Positions 8,379-14,184 of a DNA stretch of 14,184 nucleotides are shown here, piece after piece; the stretch's first letter is position 1, and each line of letters begins with the position of its first letter. The notes beneath the pieces are model-generated. The model did not search any database. It saw only the letters and a list, made by a program, of their open reading frames with translations, and was not told the DNA's origin. The DNA is from an uncultured Gemmatimonadota bacterium (GTDB lineage: Bacteria > SM23-81), in contig CAZOYL010000066.1 of assembly GCA_964584035.1 (NCBI GenBank), positions 1-14,184 on the forward strand, in the 5' to 3' direction. A program made the translations under genes and the position numbers.

Positions 8379-10331
8379 ATGAAACGAATCGGGGTCTTCG
8401 TCTGCCATTGCGGCATCAATATCGCCTCAACGGTGGATGTTGAGAAGGTTGTGGAGGAGGTCGGCCGCTATCCAGGAGTGGCCCATGCGGAGCACTATCA
8501 ATACATGTGCTCCGATCCCGGTCAAAAGCTGGTCCAGGAGGCCATCAAAAAACATCATCTGGATGGCGTTATCGTGGCGGCCTGTTCCCCCACGCTGCAC
8601 GAAGTCACCTTCCGACGCGCTTCCGAGACCGCCGGATTGAATCCCTATCAGTGTGAGATCGCCAACATCCGGGAGCAGTGCAGCTGGGTACACACAGATC
8701 GCCCCTCGGCGACACGGAAAGCGGTCCGGATCATTGAGAGCCTGGTCGAGAAGGTCAAATATGATGAGTCCCTGACGCCCCTCAGCGTGCCCCTCACCAA
8801 GCGGGCTCTGGTCGTCGGAGGCGGAGTGGCCGGAATTCAGGCCGCTCTGGATGTGGCCAACAGCGGCTATGAGGTGCTCCTGGTCGAAAAACAGCCCTCC
8901 ATCGGCGGCCACATGGCGCAGCTTTCGGAAACCTTTCCCACCCTGGATTGTTCCCAGTGCATCCTGACTCCAAAGATGGTCGAGGCCGGACAGCATCCCA
9001 ACATCCGGCTGATGACCTATTCACAGGTCGAGGAGATCTCCGGTTACGTGGGAAATTTCACGGTCAAGATCCGGAAAAAGGCGGCCTATGTGAACTGGGA
9101 TGCCTGCACCGGTTGCGGCGTCTGTACCGAGAAATGCCCCAAGAAGGTGCCTTCGGAATTCAACCGCAACATGGGCACTCGGGGAGCCATTTATACGCTG
9201 TTTCCCCAGGCGGTGCCAAACTATCCCGTCATCGACCGCGACCACTGCCTCTACTTCACCAAGGGGCGCTGCCGGATCTGCGAGAAATCGTGCGATCTGG
9301 GAGCCATCGATTACCAGCAGGAGGACCAGATCGTCGAGGAACAGGTGGGCGCCGTGGTCGTGGCCACAGGCTACGATACCCTGCCGTTGAATCAATTAGG
9401 AGAATACGGTTCCGGCAGCTTGCCGGACGTCATCGATGGAATGGCCTTCGAGCGGCTGCTCTCGGCCTCCGGTCCCACCACCGGGGAGATCCGCCGGCCC
9501 TCCGATGGGAAAGTGCCCAAAGAGGTCGTTTTCGTGCAGTGTGCCGGCTCCCGGGACCCCGAGAAACACCTCCCTTACTGTTCCAAGATCTGCTGCATGT
9601 ACACGGCGAAGCATGCCCTGCTTTACAAACATCGAGTCCACGACGGCCAGCCCTATGTTTTTTATATCGATGTCCGCACAGGGGGCAAGGGCTACGAGGA
9701 ATTCTACCATCGCGTCTCGGAAGAGGAAGGCGTGGTTTATATCCGTGGAAAGGTGTCCAAGATATTTCAGGATGGGGATGATCTCATCGTCTGGGGGGTG
9801 GACACACTCACCGGGAAAAAGGTGGAGATCACCGCCGATCTGGTGGTCCTGGCCACCGGAATGGTGCCCGCGGCCGGCACCCGGGAGCTGTTCAGCACCT
9901 TGAAATTGGCCGCCGACGAGAACGGATTTCTCAGCGAAGCCCATCCCAAACTGCGGCCCGTGGAAAGCATTCAGGCGGGCTTCTTCCTGGCGGGGACGGG
10001 ACAGGGACCCAGGGATATTCCAGAGACCGTGGCCCAGGCCAGCGGGGCGGCATCGAAGGTGCTCGCCCTGTTCTCACGGGAAACGCTCCAGCATGAACCG
10101 ATCGTCGCCTGCGTCGATGAGGATCTCTGCAGCGGGTGCAAGATCTGTGTCTCCGCCTGTCCCTATGATGCCCGAGAATTCGATGAGGACAAAGGCATCG
10201 TGCGGGTGAACGAACTTCTCTGCGAGGGCTGCGGTGCCTGTGTGGTTTCCTGCCCCTCCGGGGCCACCCAGCAGAAGAATCTTACCGATAAGCAGATACG
10301 CGAGATGGTCAAGGCCTCTCTGGGAGAATGA
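8379..10331 (+). CDS. hdrA: Heterodisulfide reductase subunit A (FAD, Fe-S; electron-bifurcating type)
   Basis: VFVCHCG.NI, YMCS, AACSP, NIREQCSWVH, GGGVAG, TFPTLDCSQCILTP, inserted ferredoxin domain (CTGCGVCTEKCP), CAGSRD..YCSKICCMYTAK, C-terminal 2x[4Fe-4S]; RBS GAGGAG. Confidence 0.97.
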   Translation: MKRIGVFVCHCGINIASTVDVEKVVEEVGRYPGVAHAEHYQYMCSDPGQKLVQEAIKKHHLDGVIVAACSPTLHEVTFRRASETAGLNPYQCEIANIREQCSWVHTDRPSATRKAVRIIESLVEKVKYDESLTPLSVPLTKRALVVGGGVAGIQAALDVANSGYEVLLVEKQPSIGGHMAQLSETFPTLDCSQCILTPKMVEAGQHPNIRLMTYSQVEEISGYVGNFTVKIRKKAAYVNWDACTGCGVCTEKCPKKVPSEFNRNMGTRGAIYTLFPQAVPNYPVIDRDHCLYFTKGRCRICEKSCDLGAIDYQQEDQIVEEQVGAVVVATGYDTLPLNQLGEYGSGSLPDVIDGMAFERLLSASGPTTGEIRRPSDGKVPKEVVFVQCAGSRDPEKHLPYCSKICCMYTAKHALLYKHRVHDGQPYVFYIDVRTGGKGYEEFYHRVSEEEGVVYIRGKVSKIFQDGDDLIVWGVDTLTGKKVEITADLVVLATGMVPAAGTRELFSTLKLAADENGFLSEAHPKLRPVESIQAGFFLAGTGQGPRDIPETVAQASGAASKVLALFSRETLQHEPIVACVDEDLCSGCKICVSACPYDAREFDEDKGIVRVNELLCEGCGACVVSCPSGATQQKNLTDKQIREMVKASLGE

Positions 10332-10333
10332 AT

Positions 10334-10786
10334 ATGTTTGAACCCAAGATCGTCTGTTTTCTCTGTAAGTGGTGCACCTATGCGGGAGCGGATCTGGCCG
10401 GCACCTCCCGGCTGGAATATACTCCCAATGGAGTGAACATCCGCTTTATGTGTTCCAGCCGGCTCGATCCGGAACATATCCTGTGGGCTTTCCAACGAGG
10501 TGCCGATGGGATTTTCGTGGGCGGCTGTCATCCGGGCGATTGTCATTATCAGGATGGCAACTATAAAACCTTGAGGCGGCTGGAACTGTTCCGCAGAGTC
10601 ATCAAGCAGTTCGGTCTGAACGATGGGCGTCTGCGGCTGGAATGGGTCAGCGCCGCGGAGGGCAAACGGTTCGCCGAACTGATGAACGAATTCACGGAAC
10701 AAATTCGGGCTCTCGGTCCTCTCAAATTAGGATCGAGAAAAGGAGGCCAAGATGGCGGCTCAGAAGCAAAAAGCAAGGGCAACTAA
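10334..10786 (+). CDS. mvhD: MvhD [2Fe-2S] electron-input subunit of Hdr complexes
   Basis: FLCKWCTYAGADLAGTSR, RFMCSSR, GGCHPGDCHY, RL.WVSAAEG. Start is either ATG 10334 (GGAG 7 nt upstream) or ATG 10328 (ATGA overlap with the hdrA stop). Confidence 0.95.
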   Translation: MFEPKIVCFLCKWCTYAGADLAGTSRLEYTPNGVNIRFMCSSRLDPEHILWAFQRGADGIFVGGCHPGDCHYQDGNYKTLRRLELFRRVIKQFGLNDGRLRLEWVSAAEGKRFAELMNEFTEQIRALGPLKLGSRKGGQDGGSEAKSKGN

Positions 10787-11531
10787 GGCGTCAAAAAAGA
10801 AACCCGAGGAAACACGGAATCTGGTCCCCATATTCATCATGGGTCAGAGGTATATGGTGCCGGACAGCCTGACGATCCAGAAGGCCATGGAATATGCCGG
10901 ATTCCAACTGGTTCGGGGCTGCGGATGCCGGGGCGGAATCTGCGGCGCCTGCGGCACGGTGTACCGTTTTCCCGATAGCCATCGCATCGAGGTCGGCCTG
11001 GCCTGCCAGACGGTCGTTCAGCCCGATATGTATCTGGCTCAGATACCGTTTTTCCCGGCCAACAAGGCCGTCTACGATATCGAGAAATTATCTCCCACCG
11101 GATCGGATGTGGCCAAGCTCTATCCGGAGATCTTCAAGTGCATCGGCTGTAATGTCTGCACCAAGAGCTGCCCTATGGACATCGATGTCATGGAGTATGT
11201 CGCCCGGGCCATCCGCGGCGACGTGGCCGGGGTGGCCGAGCTGTCCTTCGATTGCGTCATGTGCGGTCTGTGCGCTGCCCGCTGCCCGGCCGAGGAGGCG
11301 CAATATAATTTTGCCATTCTCTGCCGCCGCCTCTATGGCCGCCATATCGCTCCCCGGGCCAAACATCTGGCCGAGCGGATTCGTGAGGTCGAAAAGGGTC
11401 AATTCGACCGCCCGCTGCAGAATCTGATGCAGACGAAACAGGACAAACTGGTGACCCTGTATAAAGAGAGAGAGATCGAGCCAGACATGGCCGATGACGA
11501 CTGGACGCCAGGAGATGCTCGCTACGTGTGA
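10752..11531 (+). CDS. Fumarate reductase/succinate dehydrogenase-like iron-sulfur subunit ([2Fe-2S] + 2x[4Fe-4S])
   Basis: CRGGICGAC...LAC ([2Fe-2S]), CIGCNVCTKSCP and CVMCGLCAARCP. RBS AGGAGG at 10741-10746; overlaps mvhD by 35 nt; adjacent to the flavoprotein gene. Confidence 0.85.
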   Translation: MAAQKQKARATKASKKKPEETRNLVPIFIMGQRYMVPDSLTIQKAMEYAGFQLVRGCGCRGGICGACGTVYRFPDSHRIEVGLACQTVVQPDMYLAQIPFFPANKAVYDIEKLSPTGSDVAKLYPEIFKCIGCNVCTKSCPMDIDVMEYVARAIRGDVAGVAELSFDCVMCGLCAARCPAEEAQYNFAILCRRLYGRHIAPRAKHLAERIREVEKGQFDRPLQNLMQTKQDKLVTLYKEREIEPDMADDDWTPGDARYV

Positions 11532-11560
11532 GCTCAGGGGCCATGCCGAGGAGGTTCGCT

Positions 11561-13237
11561 ATGCCCTATACACCAGAATTGCAAAAATTGATTAAAGCCG
11601 TTGAAAAAACCAGACCGGCCCGGGTCGAAAGAAAAAAGAAGGGTGAGGAGTTTCCCGCCATTCCGGTTGATGACCGGCCGGAGATGCTGAAGAATTACCA
11701 TCCCGACTTCAAACCCGGAACCCGCCGAAAGATCAAGGTGGGGCCCAATCGCGGATACGCCATTCCTCATGAGATGGTCGATCTCCTGGAGGCCCGCAGC
11801 CGTATCGATCCCAAGCAAATCGATCTCTCACGGGCGGACTACGAGACCGATGTGCTCATCATCGGCGGCGGCGGAGCCGGTTCGGCCGCCGCGCTCCTGG
11901 CTCAGGAGAACGGCGCCCGCGTGTTGATGACTACCAAACTGCGTCTGGGTGATGCCAATACCATGATGGCCGAAGGAGGTATCCAGGCGGCCACCAAGCG
12001 GGGAAAGGATTCGCCCTACTTTCATTATTTGGACGTCATGGGCGGGGGTCATTTCGTCAACGATCCCAAGCTGGTCCGTACCCTGGTGCGCGAGGCGCCC
12101 GGGGTTATGGGATGGTTGGAGAAAATGGGCGCCATGTTTTCAAAGTATCCCGACGGCACCCTGAAGACCATGCATGGGGGCGGGACCTCACGGAAGCGAA
12201 TGCACTATGCCGGGGATATCACCGGGGCGGAGATCATGCGCACGCTGCGCGACGAGGTCAGGAACCGTCCGGAGAGCATCAAGGTCCTGGAGTATGTCGC
12301 CGCCGTCGAGCTGATCCTGACCGACACGGGACAATGTGCCGGGGCCGTATTCTACAGCCTGGAGACGAGAGAATTTTTCGTGGTCAAGGCCAAGTCCACC
12401 GTGCTGGCTACGGGCGGATCCGGGAGACTGCACATTCAGAATTTCATGACCACAAACCATTACGGGGCCACCGGAGATGGGCTGGTGATGGCCTACAGGG
12501 CCGGCGTCAAGCTGAATTTTCTGCACACCGTGCAGTATCATCCCACCGGAGCCGTTTTCCCGGAACAGGCCGAGGGCCTTTTGATCACTGAAAAGTTCCG
12601 GGGAGCCGGGGCCAACCTGGTCAATGTCGATGGCGAGCAGTTTGTCTATGAGCGCGAGCCCAGGGATATAGAGGCGGCGGCCATCATCAGGGAATGTTCT
12701 CCTAACGTGGCCAAGGGCGTGCCTACGCCTACCGGGAAGTTCGGGGTCTGGCTGGACTCGCCCATGATCGACATGCTTAAGGGCCCGGGAACGGTGCGCA
12801 AGGAATTTCCAGGCAAACACATCCTCTTCCGGCGCTACGGCATCGATATATCCAGGGACCCCATGCTGATTCATCCCACCCTGCATTATCAGAATGGAGG
12901 CGTGGAGATCAATGACAAATGCGAGACCAGCCTGCCGGGCCTGTATGTGGCCGGCGAGACCGCCGGCGGGATCCATGGCGAAAACAGGCTGATGGGCAAC
13001 TCTCTGCTGGATGTGACCGTTTTCGGCAAGATTGCCGGAGAGCATGCCGCTCATTATGCCCGGAGAAAATCCCTTCGCGGCAAACTGACCCTGGAACATG
13101 TTCAGCGTTATCACCGCGCTCTGAGCCGAGCCGGTATCAAGACGGACCGGATCGCGCCGATGATCCTGCCCGATTACGGCAATCCAGACGTGAAAAAACG
13201 GCAGTTGACCACGGACTATCAAGGAACCCTGCGATAG
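11561..13237 (+). CDS. Fumarate reductase/succinate dehydrogenase-family flavoprotein (soluble, TfrA-like), 558 aa
   Basis: DVLIIGGGGAG, TMMAEGGIQA, LATGG, QYHPT, LITEKFRG, EPRD, HYQNGG, HGENRLMGNSL. Start ATG 11561 after GAGGAGG. Confidence 0.88.
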   Translation: MPYTPELQKLIKAVEKTRPARVERKKKGEEFPAIPVDDRPEMLKNYHPDFKPGTRRKIKVGPNRGYAIPHEMVDLLEARSRIDPKQIDLSRADYETDVLIIGGGGAGSAAALLAQENGARVLMTTKLRLGDANTMMAEGGIQAATKRGKDSPYFHYLDVMGGGHFVNDPKLVRTLVREAPGVMGWLEKMGAMFSKYPDGTLKTMHGGGTSRKRMHYAGDITGAEIMRTLRDEVRNRPESIKVLEYVAAVELILTDTGQCAGAVFYSLETREFFVVKAKSTVLATGGSGRLHIQNFMTTNHYGATGDGLVMAYRAGVKLNFLHTVQYHPTGAVFPEQAEGLLITEKFRGAGANLVNVDGEQFVYEREPRDIEAAAIIRECSPNVAKGVPTPTGKFGVWLDSPMIDMLKGPGTVRKEFPGKHILFRRYGIDISRDPMLIHPTLHYQNGGVEINDKCETSLPGLYVAGETAGGIHGENRLMGNSLLDVTVFGKIAGEHAAHYARRKSLRGKLTLEHVQRYHRALSRAGIKTDRIAPMILPDYGNPDVKKRQLTTDYQGTLR

Positions 13238-13320
13238 GCCGGAGTCTTCAGGCGACCGGATACGAGCCGGCGGATGGTTTGCGGACAGGTTGCTGTTTCA
13301 TTCATAAAAAAGGCGGTCAG

Positions 13321-14184
13321 ATGGCAAAACTCAAAGTTGCGCTTTACTGGGCGGCCAGCTGTGGAGGCTGTGAGATCTCTATACTGGACATCGGGGCCAA
13401 GATTCTCGATTTCGTCGAGGGCGCAGAAATCGTCTTTTGGCCGGCGGCCATGGATTTCAAATACAGCGATGTAGAGGCCATGGACGACGAGGGCATCGAT
13501 GTCACCCTGTTCAACGGCGCCATTCGTACCCAGGAGAACGAGCACATTGCCAGGCTGCTGAGACGAAAGAGCAAGGTCCTGGTGGCCTATGGTTCCTGCG
13601 CCTATGAGGGCTGCATCCCCGGTCTGGCCAATGTCACCGATCGAAAGGGCATCTTCGAGAGGGTCTATGGCACGACGCCGACCACCAGGAATCCTGAAAA
13701 GGTCCGGCCGCAGACCTCCACCAAAGTGCCGGAAGGCGAGCTGCGGCTGCCCGAGTTCTACGACACGGTCAAGACGCTGGCGCAGACGGTCGATGTCGAT
13801 TACTTCGTTCCCGGCTGTCCTCCCACCGGCGAGAAAACCTGGGAAGTGCTCCAGGCGGTTTTAGCCGGTCAGCTGCCGGAGAAAGGATCGGTGGTGGGGG
13901 CCGGACAGAAGACGGTCTGCGATGAATGTCCCCGGACGAAGAATGAAAAAAGGATCAAGGCCTTTCACCGGCCCCATCTGGTGATTCCAGAGCCGGAAAC
14001 CTGTCTGCTGGAGCAGGGTATTTTTTGCGCCGGTTTCGCCACCCGGGACGGATGCGGAGCTCAGTGCATCCAGGTCAACATGCCCTGCCGGGGCTGCTAT
14101 GGACCGCCGCCTCAGGTGATCGATCAGGGAGCCAAGATGGTCAGCGCGCTGGGATCTATTATCGATGCCCAGGACCCCGAGGAG
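13321..14184 (+). CDS. mvhG: MvhG, small subunit of group 3c (Hdr-associated) [NiFe]-hydrogenase; 3' truncated by the window
   Basis: Manually translated 288 open codons: MAKLKVALYWAASCGGCEIS, GAIR..EN, AYGSCAYEGCIPGLAN, PGCPP, VCDECP, CLLEQG..C.G.ATR.GC...C...NMPCRGCYG. No Tat signal; RBS AAGGCGG. Confidence 0.92.
   Translation, partial: MAKLKVALYWAASCGGCEISILDIGAKILDFVEGAEIVFWPAAMDFKYSDVEAMDDEGIDVTLFNGAIRTQENEHIARLLRRKSKVLVAYGSCAYEGCIPGLANVTDRKGIFERVYGTTPTTRNPEKVRPQTSTKVPEGELRLPEFYDTVKTLAQTVDVDYFVPGCPPTGEKTWEVLQAVLAGQLPEKGSVVGAGQKTVCDECPRTKNEKRIKAFHRPHLVIPEPETCLLEQGIFCAGFATRDGCGAQCIQVNMPCRGCYGPPPQVIDQGAKMVSALGSIIDAQDPEE

Noticed and set aside
8379..10786. Selenocysteine recoding in HdrA or MvhD
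   Set aside because: Both frames are open with ordinary Cys codons at the motif positions; no in-frame TGA. The visible part of mvhG has none either.
6940..10786. Evidence of methanogenesis, archaeal origin, or an Hdr-Flx system
   Set aside because: Bacterial L27, a sigma70 promoter and a TamB-like gene indicate a bacterium. No flxABC follows mvhD within the window.
12188..13222. 344-aa minus-strand ORF and the other antisense or alternate-frame ORFs (e.g. 8948-9781, 38-478)
   Set aside because: They are shadows of well-supported GC-rich + strand genes and show no recognisable motifs.
11561..13237. Calling the flavoprotein NadB or AprA
   Set aside because: It is paired with an FrdB-like gene and near fumarase, with no nadA/nadC or aprB/sat in view. 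The dicarboxylate-site motifs argue against AprA. NadB-like activity is not formally excluded.
13238..13320. Terminator or ncRNA between the flavoprotein gene and mvhG
   Set aside because: Only short CCGG self-complementary patches; no strong stem with a U-tract and no recognisable RNA motif.

Overview
Roughly 58% GC (estimated by eye) bacterial DNA with all credible genes on the + strand. Gene content suggests a strict anaerobe with an outer membrane; no taxon can be assigned from this alone. The window opens with a possible 3' end of an upstream gene and a terminator. A 1375-aa TamB/AsmA-like envelope protein follows, then a stand-alone rpmA (L27) with its own sigma70 promoter and terminator. 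From 4742 to the window end runs a tightly packed putative operon: an ElbB-like DJ-1/PfpI protein lacking the nucleophile Cys, two-subunit Fe-S fumarate hydratase, hdrC-hdrB-hdrA, mvhD, an FrdB/SdhB-like Fe-S protein, an FrdA/SdhA-like flavoprotein lacking the covalent-FAD His, and mvhG (truncated by the window, absent from the ORF track). No membrane anchor gene is present. A Rex-like operator precedes the operon. The main inference is a soluble, quinone-independent hydrogenase-HdrABC-fumarate reductase module that could couple H2, ferredoxin and fumarate/succinate by flavin-based electron bifurcation. All assignments rest on motif recognition; no searches were run.
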